This document shows positions 21,078 through 32,200 of a DNA stretch of 57,947 bases, one piece after another. The DNA comes from Catajapyx aquilonaris (Eukaryota). Numbering within the stretch: the first letter of the stretch is position 1; the number at the start of each line of letters is the position of its first letter. Made by a program: the position numbers and the translations under genes. The notes beneath the pieces were generated by a model. The model did not search any database, was not told the DNA's origin, and was given only the letters and a program-made list of their open reading frames with translations. The DNA is taken from assembly GCA_000934665.2 (NCBI GenBank), contig KZ538635.1, positions 1-57,947 of the forward strand, written 5' to 3'.

Positions 21078-24000
21078 ACCTATACTGTATAAACTAAACT
21101 GCAACGACGACGACCCTGTGTGAACCTCTTGTTTTTACTGAACTTCTGGTATCATACGATACCCATAGTCGTAAGATGAGTGTACGAGCGTATCTCCTCT
21201 TTTCACCTTTCCGTAATTAAAGTGGGAAACCCCTCTTATCTCGCCTATGTCATGATAATTAGAACGTAATCCCCCTCTAGAGGTAGAGAAAAGACTAGCT
21301 ATAGGATGAGGGTTTTGGGGTCCCCATTTTCGGTGTTCGTGTCTTCCTGATCGATATGGGATCGAATAGGATTTCCTCCTGGAAAGATGTTGAGAGTCTC
21401 TCACCCCCTCGTCTCATGCTAGGACGGCTTTCCTGTACAGGTTTCCACAGTACAGCCTTCAAAAGCCTTAGCCTCTTTTTTTGTCTAAAATTTTTTCCAT
21501 CAAGCCTAAGGCTGGTAATGGAAAAAAAGGGGGCTGGACCTTGTTCCATTTTTAAGCCCACACCATTTTCTTTTTTGACTCCAAATGGAAAAGGGGTAAT
21601 CTGGATATTGAAATTCATTTGAAGGGATTGCGGGGTGAAAGGGTGAATTTTGAATAGATTTTTTTTTTCGTCGCTGGTTAATCTGGGATGTGATTATCCT
21701 TTTTTGTGATATGTAATAGTGGGTGCATATTTGAATTAAATTAACTGCACGTTTGTCATGAAAATGAGTTTTGTAATGAAAAAAAGGGTGTGGAACTGCA
21801 TGGGGGAATACTCAGTTTTTTATACCAGCCGGGGAGTAATATTAGAACCCTTCTGGAATTTCTCATCAGAAAATTTAATAAAATGACGTACAGGATGGTT
21901 TCGAAAAAGCCAGATCAGCAACATGGCAAGAATTTTGGTGATGAAGGAGCGTGGTAGAGATTAGCAAGTAATTTGCAATCCTGACCGGATTTTGCTTTAG
22001 GGCCTGATGGAGAGACAGGTCTAAAACCGACTTCAAAAATGTACTGATTTTATTAAAATTGCATTTATTTTCAAAATAGGATCATATATTATGATGCGCA
22101 ATTTTCCATATGTTTTCCTTTTATGTGATTGGGATCAAAAATATAACTGATATATTTCCAATTACAGCATCATTATGCAAAGCTTGTTTGTTGGGTTGCA
22201 TCATGCCAGGATGAAACAAAGTATCGTTACTTAATACTGCCATTTTATAGCAATGGACTTATTTACTATAAAATGCTCCTACGAACAAATCAGCGAATAT
22301 AGTTAAGATTGATTCAATCAATATTATTTCAGCCCACGAAAATGCATGATGGGGGCCATACACAGAGCCTGTCCTTTTGTATTTTTCTGAATTCAGCAGC
22401 AACTCCCGGAGTTTCTGGGGAAGCTCGATGTAAACAACTTGAAAGAACCAATAGAATTTAAGGGTTTGAAGCTGAAGATTCCCTGGTGGTCCTTTTGAAG
22501 AGGCTGAACCTGTAATGACTCTCTTCGACAGCTTGCCTTTGACGACCCTCCCTATAGAAAAACCGGATTTGCGACGAGTGTTTACCAAGCGGGGAAGGTT
22601 TTAGAATAGTTAGGTGGCACCACCCACGCTAATGCTGATTCGTTGTCATGTTAATTGGCAAGTGGATCCACCATGTGGCGCTTGTGCCCAAAAATGGATA
22701 AGTTGTGCCCAATTGTACCTAATGAGCCCGGAGGAGACTTGGTACTAACAAAGTTGGTCCGAAAAAAAAGTCGTGGAACCGTAACCAGACGGCCTTTTCA
22801 ACAGGGTGTGCACACACACAAAAGAAGGGTCAATCTAATTAGGATTGATTGTACGGGTTGGGTCAAATTGGGTTTAATTGTATTCCTTCTGTTCGTTAGA
22901 ACGTGATTTACGCTGGAGAGGAAAAATATAGGGGGGGGGGTGTCTTGTGGCACACACAAAAAAATAGTAGACTTTATCTGTCTCTATTCCGGTACGAATC
23001 GATACAGAATTGCAACCTTTTTTGGCTCATGCTTCAATTTCAGACCAACTTTGGACCGTAAAAAAACGAGTGACAGTCAAAGTTATTTAGGCACTAAAAA
23101 AAGACAATTTGGAACTTCGCTTTGGCCGGGCATTTATAACCTCCAATCTCGAGCACATCAGGGGAATTGCGAAGTACGAAAATGTCGGGCTCTTTTTTAT
23201 ATTTTGGCCAAGTGCCACTTCCAACAGTTATACTGTATGGCTGTAATGTTATAAATATTAGTGCTGGTGTATGCAAAAATATTTTTGGCTTTTGAAATAA
23301 TTAGAAGAAAAGGCAAATATATGTTTAGGAGCTTCTAGAAAATTGAGAAGGAAAATAGCCAGAAAATAACAAACTGTTATGACTTTTTCAGACAATTTTT
23401 TTGAAGGATATGCAATATGAATTTTATTGATAACTGTACACACACAATTTACGAAAGTGGAATATTTTGAGACAATCATTTTTTGAAATGACTTTGTCAC
23501 AAATGTTTATTGCAGTTTCCAAAAACCATTCGATTTCAAGCAGGCTTTCCCAGTTGTCTCCTCGAAGGCGTCTGTACCTCAAGGAAATAAAGGGAACCAG
23601 AGTGTATAACATGCAAAATAGGAGGATCCAATCTCAAGTCGAGGAAAAACGCATTGGAAATGGTTCCCACTACGAATTCGTTCTGACCAAAAAAAAGAAA
23701 AAAAGAAAGTAGGATTGTTAGTGTGGTCAATAAACAGACTGTTCCCTTACGTTTCGATTTCCAGAGGTTCTTATTTCGACTTTGACTGAAGTGCCTCCAG
23801 CCTCCTTTTGGTGGCTAGATATTTTTTTTTTCGCTATTTCTTTCTTTTTGCAAGGAAATGAAAAAAAAAAAGAAAATGTGAGAGGAGAGAACTGAGGGAA
23901 AAAGGGTGCTTTTGTGCCATTGACCAGTGGAACAGTAGAAGCGGATGATTTCTAGTTCTCTATTGTCCTTTGACTGACCGTATATAGGAAAAAGGAATGG

Positions 24001-24339
24001 CTGAAAATTGAACATCGGGGATATCATAAAGTTCAATTGCAAGTTGTAATTGTGAGTAATAAAATATGTTCACCATAATTACCACATGTATGAGCTGTGT
24101 TGCATTACTTTACAATTATTAATAAAATTATTAAAGACATTTCCGCATTTCAGCAAGTATACAGGTCGGAATAATAATTATTCAAATGACAACATAAGAC
24201 TGAGTTGACGTAACTTTAGGTTCAAATATATGGAAATGAATTTTTTCCTCCTCAACTCATAATTAAACTGCCATACACCTGCCTTGCTCATGACGTCATA
24301 TGAACTTAGCAACGCGGAAGGTACTGACGCGACATTCAC

Positions 24340-26400
24340 CTTCTGATGGGACCCTTCATCTCACCAAACAGGCTCCCAGGTTTGAATTTCCAAGTCAGTG
24401 CGTCGTTGATAAGATGTGCTATACGAGATAGCAATGTAATAATAATTAGTGCGCAACTTTTGAGTATGTCAGTCAGCATACCTGACGGATTCGAGAACAC
24501 TATACAAGGTATGTGATATTCATTTGAACACTGGATATGACCCCTTCTCACTTGGCCATGAATAAGTTGGACTTTAACTTCATCATTAGTGTACAGTATT
24601 AGACCATGACTTTCACTCAAGTGCGACCTAAAATAATACCAGAGGTTACCACGCCTGGCGAATCATTGTTATTGCATGGGCAGCGCAGGAGGGCCCACCT
24701 GTTGTGGATGACACTTGAATGTCATCTCCTTCATTTTTTATTGGGCATTTCATGAAAGCTGCACCTGACCTCTATTGCTCTGCACTTTTCTTGGCTGTTC
24801 CGGTTTTTTCTAGTGATATCATATTCTGGTATAACTTTGGTGAAGATTAGTATACGACGTGAGTCATTTTCAACAACCTTGACAATCATGCGCTGTGGGT
24901 ATTTTGTGGCATGAACAGTGTTTATTTTTTGCACCTTTTGAGATACTGCGCCATTTCCCATCTGGGTCCTGGAGCTGAAAGGCTGTACATTTCTCTAGTT
25001 TTATATTCTAGTATATTATTAATATGCGAAGTGACTTTCCTTGTACACTAAGATTACGTAGGGGGGGGGGGAGGTGAAATTGTGTCACACTTGCAAGTGT
25101 GTTTTCCCCCTCGTTTCGAGTCATACCCCCATCAATATGTACAGGTAATGCAAAAAAAAAGTTGTTTGGTGACTTCATAAACGGTATTGTATGTCAGTAC
25201 CAGTTATGCAAAGATGTCCTTGAATTCATATAGTAAAAAAAGAAAAGTGGTCAAACAACCTTCGGTCTTTTTTTAAACTCATGCTAATTGAAGCAGCGTA
25301 TATTCAACACGCAGGTTCATACAATGTATGGCTGGAACAGAATGAAAGTAAGTCAGCGGATCATAACAAACTTATCAATTATTTTTCTTAATTTTTGATG
25401 AAATTTAGAAGAATTTCCCCGTGCTATTTCTGGTGGGTTGTATAGCTGAATAATATTGCTTCAATTGTTTTATTTAAAAATTGAATTATTTTAAGTAATT
25501 TTTATTTAAAATTGAATTGTTTCGATTTTCACTAACTGCACTCTCTTTCACCTTCTGTTGAAGCGTCATTCTGTGCAGGATTACCTGCTCTCAGAAAGAG
25601 TTCCATCACGTCCAACAATACCTAGTGACAGTCAGGCGAAGATGAAATGCTGCACAGACTTAGGTATCAGAATTCCATATCCCTGTAAGAGTTACACCAT
25701 TTTTTTCCTCCACCGAATACGTACAACAAAAGCCTGCGCCATCAATCACAGCTCTGGAGGTGTCACCCACAATAATGGCCATATTGCCACTGGTCCAGGT
25801 CGATAACCTTCACTCCTCCGATGATACATCGAGTCCTTAATAATCACTCACAAATACCTTTTCCTATACCACCATCTTGTGTTTCCCCGAGCATAAATTA
25901 CTTTGAAACCCTAGTATTGAGAACTGACGTCAAAAGGAAGTTGGCAGGAACCAGCAGCAATTAAGAAAAGCTGGTTCTCATATTTCTGACATGGAAAATT
26001 AATGTGGATCAGCTCAAAAGACATTGAAAAACTGTATGCACACTTTCGGCTGAATATTCGGTTACGCGGAAGCCTCCTAATGATATTTTCTAGGAGAAAG
26101 TAGATCCATTATGCAACACCCTGTTCCACTCGGGAAACTTGCGATTCTTCTTCTTCGTACTATATACAGTAGTTGGGAGTTTGCCTTCATATGACCAGTT
26201 CATGCGATTTTGAAGTGTCGATTTATTGCACTGGATGTGTCTTTTCAAACGGAAATTAGTAGTAAAAGAACTAGCAAGACAATCCAGCTTTGCCTATTGA
26301 TGGATAAACATTTCCAACAACTGACTGTATTACTCAGAAGACCAAACATTGCCAACTGGGCCATATAGTAATATCGGAATTCCTATCAAGAGTGCGTTGG
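24340..26400 (-). pseudogene. Decayed multi-exon gene or spliced non-coding transcript of unknown family
   Basis: Exon-like blocks with GT/AG borders and short introns at about 26091-25902, 25863-25585, 24974-24699, 24627-24482 and 24418-24340. The last two join in frame (SHLSESHGLILYTNDEVKVQL...NPSAHLINDALTWKFKPGSLFGEMKGPIR). The upstream blocks contain stops or frameshifts. Confidence 0.35.
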
Positions 26401-27311
26401 AAAAGCACGTTTGAAGCGCAGTAGTGGTGGCAAAGGCATTGACCCTTTTCGCTTCAAAATCACTCGCATAGGGCTAGGCGAATGAGATTTTCAATTCCAA
26501 TTTCCCCTTCCATGATTTGACCCAAACTCATCACATGTAAGGGGGTGGGAAGAGATTAAGGCTAGGTATACGACGTTTCTGGCCTGGATGGTGTTATGGC
26601 AAAGGATGTATCTACCCGCATTTTGTATAGGCTATACAGTGTTCTTGATTGGCCATCTTGTATCAGAAAGTGCCACTATCGATCGTACCCTCGAGAAAGA
26701 AACTTGTCTTGGAAAAAAAAGCGAAGAAGAAACATAGGCTGGGAGGCTGGATGTTGAGAAGCCATCTTAGCACACCTTGAGGTCATGTCTGACCCTTAGA
26801 CAAAATGTCAACATGAATCGATTTTGACTGTAGAAACAGTTTTTTGAAGAACCGTGGGACACCTTGAGGCGACAGCACCTATTTAGCACAATAAGTCAGG
26901 GTGATTGTATAGCATGTCTATTGTAGGCTATAATTTGCACGAGGAACAGCACAGGTCAGCCACACGTAATTTCAAGGACAGGTGTAGCAAGATCTGCAAG
27001 ATTCACTCACCCCTCAAGTATAGGACATACGTAGCCGCAGGCAGCACGTGTTCTATTGTATATAGTAAGAGCAAGTTTTCTCCAGGGTTAGTCTATTCTG
27101 AGGGACTAGCAGTAATAGTCCATTGTGCAGCATTTCGAAGCATATTGGATTACAATAAATATATTGGTAAGTTGCATTTTGAGATAATAATCATTCAGGG
27201 GAGTATATTTGCATTTGAACAATCACTCAAAGGATAAGTCATATTTTGTGCAATGCTGGACCATTCGTGATTCAGAGCTGCAAGTTTGGAAGGTTGCGTG
27301 GAGTACACAAC

Positions 27312-27400
27312 ATGTGGCGCCATCTGAGAGAGCCCGTACACCGGATATTGACAGCGTCCAGTCTTCTACGCCACCGACATGTACCGGTACCAAACAATAA
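27312..27400 (+). CDS. FPPS-like exon 1 (Arg/His-rich N-terminal leader)
   Basis: ATG TGG CGC...AAT AA|gtaagg, phase 2, matching the acceptor ttcgcag|C at 27461. Confidence 0.75.
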
Positions 27401-29048
27401 GTAAGGCCTTAATATACAACAGGAAAGGATATTGAGATGTAATTTGCAAACCATTCGCAGCAATTTGCCAACAGCCGCTACCATCCTGGGGGAAGACCGC
27501 GAAGGTTACATGTCTGTGTTTCCCGATGTGGTCCATGACTTGACTCAACTGTACGAGAACGTCAGCTTGAAAGAGACGGCCGCTTGGCATCATAAACTTC
27601 TGAAGTACAATTTGCAGGGAGTCAAATTCAGCGGAAGTATGGTATTTTTGACATCCTACAAAATCCTGGCAGGTAACGACACAGGCGATATGAAGATGGC
27701 GCATCTTATGGGCTGGTGTGCCGATATGGTAAAAAGCATAGTTATATATATTATGTTATATTATATTATATTATATTATATTATATTATATTATATTATA
27801 TTATATTATATATTATATATAATATTATATATATTATAATATAGGCCTTATGGTATTAGCCACATGCCTTAACGCTTAAATGAAGTTGCAGGCGGGCATG
27901 TTGGTTGTGGATGACTTAATGGACGGAAGTGAGATGAGAGGAGGTCAGCCTTGCTGGTACAAATTGGATCAGGTTGGACCAAGGGCTGCGAACGACGCCA
28001 ATTTTCTCAATTCAGCGATCTATGCACTGATGAAGAAACACTATAAAGGACAGTCTTATTACCTCGACTGTCTGGAAGTGATTAATTTGGTAATTGTTCA
28101 GTGCTGGTCATACTTTTCCGATGCGGCAGACGTGCAAATCGAAGTGATAGGGTGCGAGCCGTGCGAGTAAGAAATGGTAGCCCTTGGGTGACGTCACTGG
28201 CTGGGGACAAACATTGCCCACCAGCCGGTGACGTCAGTCAAGGCCTACCTCTTCTTACTCGCACGCCTCACATTCTATCACTTCGATTTGCACTTCTGCC
28301 GCATCGGAAATATCGCAAGCAGTATGACGCGATTAATGTCCAACACTGTTCAAGTAGCACTATAATTAACAAAATTGTGAAACATCTCTTTGCATTCACA
28401 GGCTCAGTTAATGACTAGTGTAGGTCAGACGTTCGACATGCTGTCCATGGGTCCAGACTCGAGGCCCAGACTGGACCTTTTTACAGAGACAAATTACGCC
28501 GTACTGCTAAAGTACAAAACGAGCCATAACTTTTTCATAGCTCCTGTGGCACTTGCCATGTACATGAGAGGAATCAAGGATCCGCATGTTCACTTAAAGA
28601 TGGAAAAAGTTCTGTTGGACATGACTATGCGTTACCAGGCCAGAAATGACTTCATGGACTGCTTCGGAGACTTTAAGTTCACTGGGAAGGAAGGAAGGGA
28701 CATTCAAGAAGGAAAATGTTCCTGGTTGGTAATCAACGCCCTGAAGAAGGCTGATAAGAAACAACTGCAGGTTTTGCATGTCAGTACAGTTCTATTCTGT
28801 ATGTAAGAGTGATAACGCACGAAGTCATGTTTCAGGAATGCTACGGAAGTGACGATCCTGCCAAAGTTGCAAGAGTTAAAGACCTATACGAAAAGTTGGA
28901 ACTGCCTCGCCTTCATTCTAAGTTCCAAGAGGTATCTGGTTTATCTGTACTTCAGGATATTGAGAGACTGCTGCCGTCCTGGGAGTTGCAAGAGGTGTGC
29001 AGAACTGTGATGAACATTATCTACGATGGTGACTGTGCCAGTGTCTAA
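27312..29048 (+). CDS. Divergent farnesyl diphosphate synthase-like (trans-IDS fold) protein, candidate IDS-derived terpene synthase, 5 exons, 383 aa
   Basis: Exons 27312-27400, 27461-27728, 27886-28089, 28402-28779, 28836-29048 (1152 nt, open). FPPS hallmarks: SVFPDVVHDLT, GWC, FARM DDLMD, GQPCWY, NDA, GQTFD, KYKT, SARM-equivalent NDFMD, GKEGRDIQEGKCSW, ECYG, VKDLYEKLEL. The fold call is secure; the enzymatic activity is inferred. Confidence 0.92.
27461..27728 (+). CDS. FPPS-like exon 2
   Basis: NLPTAAT...YMSVFPDVVHDL...GVKFSG...MGWCADM|gtaaaa. Confidence 0.9.
27741..27843. repeat. (TATAT)n AT-rich microsatellite in FPPS-like intron 2
   Basis: Direct reading: tattatattatattata... Confidence 0.95.
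27886..28089 (+). CDS. FPPS-like exon 3 (FARM DDLMD)
   Basis: aag|LQAGMLVVDDLMDGSEMRGGQPCWY...EVINL|gtaatt. An alternative acceptor cag at 27891 is possible. Confidence 0.9.
28099..28348. mobile_element. Palindromic MITE family A, copy 1 (FPPS-like intron 3)
   Basis: CAGTG...CACTG ends, near-complete internal inverted symmetry (gatgcggcagacgtgcaaatcgaagtgatag / ctatcacttcgatttgcacttctgccgcatc), homologous copies at 39217 and 57366. Confidence 0.85.
28402..28779 (+). CDS. FPPS-like exon 4 (GQxxD, KT, NDFMD)
   Basis: tcacag|AQLMTSVGQTFD...KYKT...YQARNDFMD...QVLH|gtcagt. Confidence 0.92.
28836..29048 (+). CDS. FPPS-like last exon
   Basis: tttcag|ECYGSDDPAKVARVKDLYEKLEL...IIYDGDCASV*. Confidence 0.9.
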   Translation, partial: ECYGSDDPAKVARVKDLYEKLELPRLHSKFQEVSGLSVLQDIERLLPSWELQEVCRTVMNIIYDGDCASV

Positions 29049-29052
29049 TAAA
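29047..29052 (+). terminator. Candidate polyadenylation signal AATAAA overlapping the stop codon of the FPPS-like gene
   Basis: GTC TAATAAAAGG followed by a T-rich tract at about 29068-29080. Confidence 0.5.
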
Positions 29053-29211
29053 AGGGCAGAAATCATTGTGATTTTTTATTCACTGTACGTACCGCCCGAA
29101 GATAGTACAGTATTTTATCATGCAAACTGCTGTCCTGATATTGATTCAGTTCGTTATATGTACAGTATATGTAAAAATATATGTACTGCATATTGATTCC
29201 CTGTGTGGAGC

Positions 29212-29213
<2 letters not shown>

Positions 29214-29279
<66 letters not shown>
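29214..29279. repeat. (TAA)22 microsatellite
   Basis: Direct reading. Confidence 0.97.
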
Positions 29280-29280
<1 letters not shown>

Positions 29281-32200
29281 CTTTATGAAGTAATTAAAAC
29301 GCATTTTAAATTTGGAAAATAACCACTTATCACATTAGTATACTGCTTGTCTAGGTAAGACAGTTTCTGACATCAATATGTAGCCTTACTATCGGGTTCA
29401 AATACTTTTGGCCACTTTATCCTGGTCTTGAAGCAACCCTTCACACACACACACACATTGACACGTGGGGTCTGTGCGAAGGGCTGCTTCAAGACCAGGA
29501 TAAAGTAGCCAAAAGTATTTGAGCCGGATAGTACAATTATGCAGATATCGCCACCTACTTACAGCTGAAGCCATATTAAGTACCGTAACGCAAATCAGAG
29601 TGTGAATGTCCTCCGATAAAATTACTCGCATGACCTTTTCCACGACTGAAAAATAAAAAAAGAGGGTGATTTCATTGGTCTGGGCTATTTCACTGCATGG
29701 ATAATGTGGCGGAGTGGCAGGCTTGGGGGGGGGGGGAGGTGGTGGTGGTTTGGAAGGTGGGAGGGAATGCATTTGGGGCAGAAAATGACGGTGTAATTCC
29801 CAGCGTTTTAGAGAGCAGCACAAAAGCCATTAGTTACGTGTCATTACAACGAAAGGAGGTTGTGTCGCGTCTCTTAAGCATCAGAGTTCAGAGGACCTTA
29901 ATGACCTTGTTGATAGAAAAGAGCTGGTCACATAACGAACCACTGGGTGATCATAAGAGCAGACGATTGCTTCGTGATGATGTCTTTTTGTGGTCTAATA
30001 TGAAGTGTCTGTGATTAAGTTGCGTAATATTATTTCAGGAAAAAATATTATTTTAGTATGACCTCGTGCCTCGTGTCAGTGTGTTTTCAAGGTGCTATTC
30101 GAACAAGGAGTTATCAAAAATATTGACTGCTAGGTTGAATGTATTCAGATTTTTCAAATTTGAAACACACTTTAAAACCCTGCATGTTACTGTAAATCCA
30201 TCCCTTTACATTCATTCATCACAACGGAACATATGGGCCCAACACATGAACCAACATGAAAGAAACTGCCGACATGAAAGGGGACCCACATTTTGTTCAT
30301 CACACTAGCCATAATGCATTTGTGGCCCTGATGGCCTCTACTTTTTTAAATAAGAAATACCCTTCTCCGCTGAAGAAAAAAAAAACGGATGCGTGGAAAC
30401 CAGGGTAAAACGTAGTACCTGTTGCGCTCTCTGCATGGCCACCGGAGCCAAGTTGAGTCTGGTTGAGGCTCAGTCTGCCGATACCCGGCTTCCAGTTAGG
30501 TAGGGTTCTGCTCGTGTCTCCTACCAGGGTTAGGCTAATCCGCTAATCAAAGCAAGGTAAGCCCCTAGGTATTTGTTTCATGTTGTGCTGTTTAAAGCCG
30601 AGTGTATCCAGGTATTAGCTAGACCTTTGTTTGTAGGAGTAAGTTTGCCTCGGAGGTACATGAAGTACGTAGCTACATGCAACTACCATTTATGAATACT
30701 GTATGCATGCATATTAAGTGAAAACACACACGTATAAGTGTTGCACTTATCCACAAACGGAATAGCAAAATTGGCATAATCCGATTTCAAACTCATATTA
30801 GCAGACCTATGCTATTGAGTCAATGTATGGATTTGGCATTGTAGTTATTGACTGCTTGGAGTATTATTTGGGCTGTGTGTCGCGTATTGCTCTACCCGCA
30901 ACCCCACCCACCACAGTCGTCAATCTTGTGCAGAGAGAGGCATTGGGATATGGGCCGTGACTAATTTCGGAAATTCAGAACTATTTACAAGTTCTCTCAG
31001 AGTTTCCAATTTCCATTCCAGCTATTTTTAAACAACTCGATGTTGTAACTTACTGCGTCAAATTAACTGTAATATTTAGGTCAGGTTTATGAAGTATTAT
31101 TAGAGTTGTCATATAAGTTTTATCATTAAAGCATGATGCACTGTACGTGTCCCCTCAGGTTTATTAGAAATTTGTAGGGACTGTAGGCAATATGATATGA
31201 CATGTTTGAACGCCGCCTAATATTTATTAGTAGATGATATTAGTATTCCAGTCTGAACTTATCTGTAACTTGTAAGGGTTTTTTTTTTCCTGCCTTATTC
31301 TTCATTGGCGCTATTGCATTATGCACTGGCGCGTGTAAACGACGGGCTGTTTGCATAATGTTGCTTAACGTACAGTGGGCTGCCTGTGAAATATTTAACC
31401 AGCGTCAAATTTTTACACAGCATCGATTTTAGGCCCAGGTGTCTACACTGCTCTGATCAACTGATATCAAAAATGTTCTGAACATGGCACGAAAAAAAAA
31501 GGCTTTTGCTTCATCCCACGGCATGGATAGAATATAAGCCAGCTTCCAGTGGATCAAGCCAAAAGTATGCTTACCGAGAAACTATGCGGCAAACTATTTG
31601 CGGAAACACTAAAGGCTTCGGAAGTTTGTTTTGTTAACGCCAGGGTCGGCTTCATAAAATTGTACTGTTTTTTTATTACATCATACTGTAACCATGAAGT
31701 TAAAGCAAGTATGCGTTTTTTTCCGTCTTGACGTTGTCAAATTCAACAAAGTAATCGAAGGGAAGGCGTTTCCTGTAGACGAGATGCACTTCCACTAAAA
31801 CGTTATCGATTCCCACCACAGGACACTTTCCAGTGGGGACAAATGACACGAGACGAGTCCCCTAGTTGGTGTCGGCCTAATTGAAGCCAAAGCGGGCAGG
31901 TCTGAAATATTGAGCAGGTGGAATTATGGATAACGTAACGTTGGCCCCAGGTCTCGTTGTGCTTTGGGAGGAAAATGAAAATGTTCCATTTTAAGAAAAT
32001 CCATGACGAATTGCATAAATATTTATTTATTTTAGAAACAGTTCCGCTGTACTTTCAGGCACACCTGAATGCACAGAATGGTTAGTGCAAATTAATTAAA
32101 CAATAGGTGAAACAGTGTACAGTGCAAGTTCCTGTTTAACTTAATCGAACCCCCCAAAAAATTCTGGTGCATCGATCTCAGTTTTTGCGTTGGTGCACCA

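Noticed and set aside
27729..27839. YYIIL repeat peptide in ORF 27432-27839
   Set aside because: Read-through of an intronic TATAT microsatellite after the donor at 27729.
5736..29048. PAPSS plus FPPS-like gene as a biosynthetic cluster for sulfated terpenoids
   Set aside because: They are about 14.5 kb apart and separated by the housekeeping gene CCDC6. PAPSS looks canonical, and no sulfotransferase, P450 or transporter is visible, so proximity alone is not evidence.
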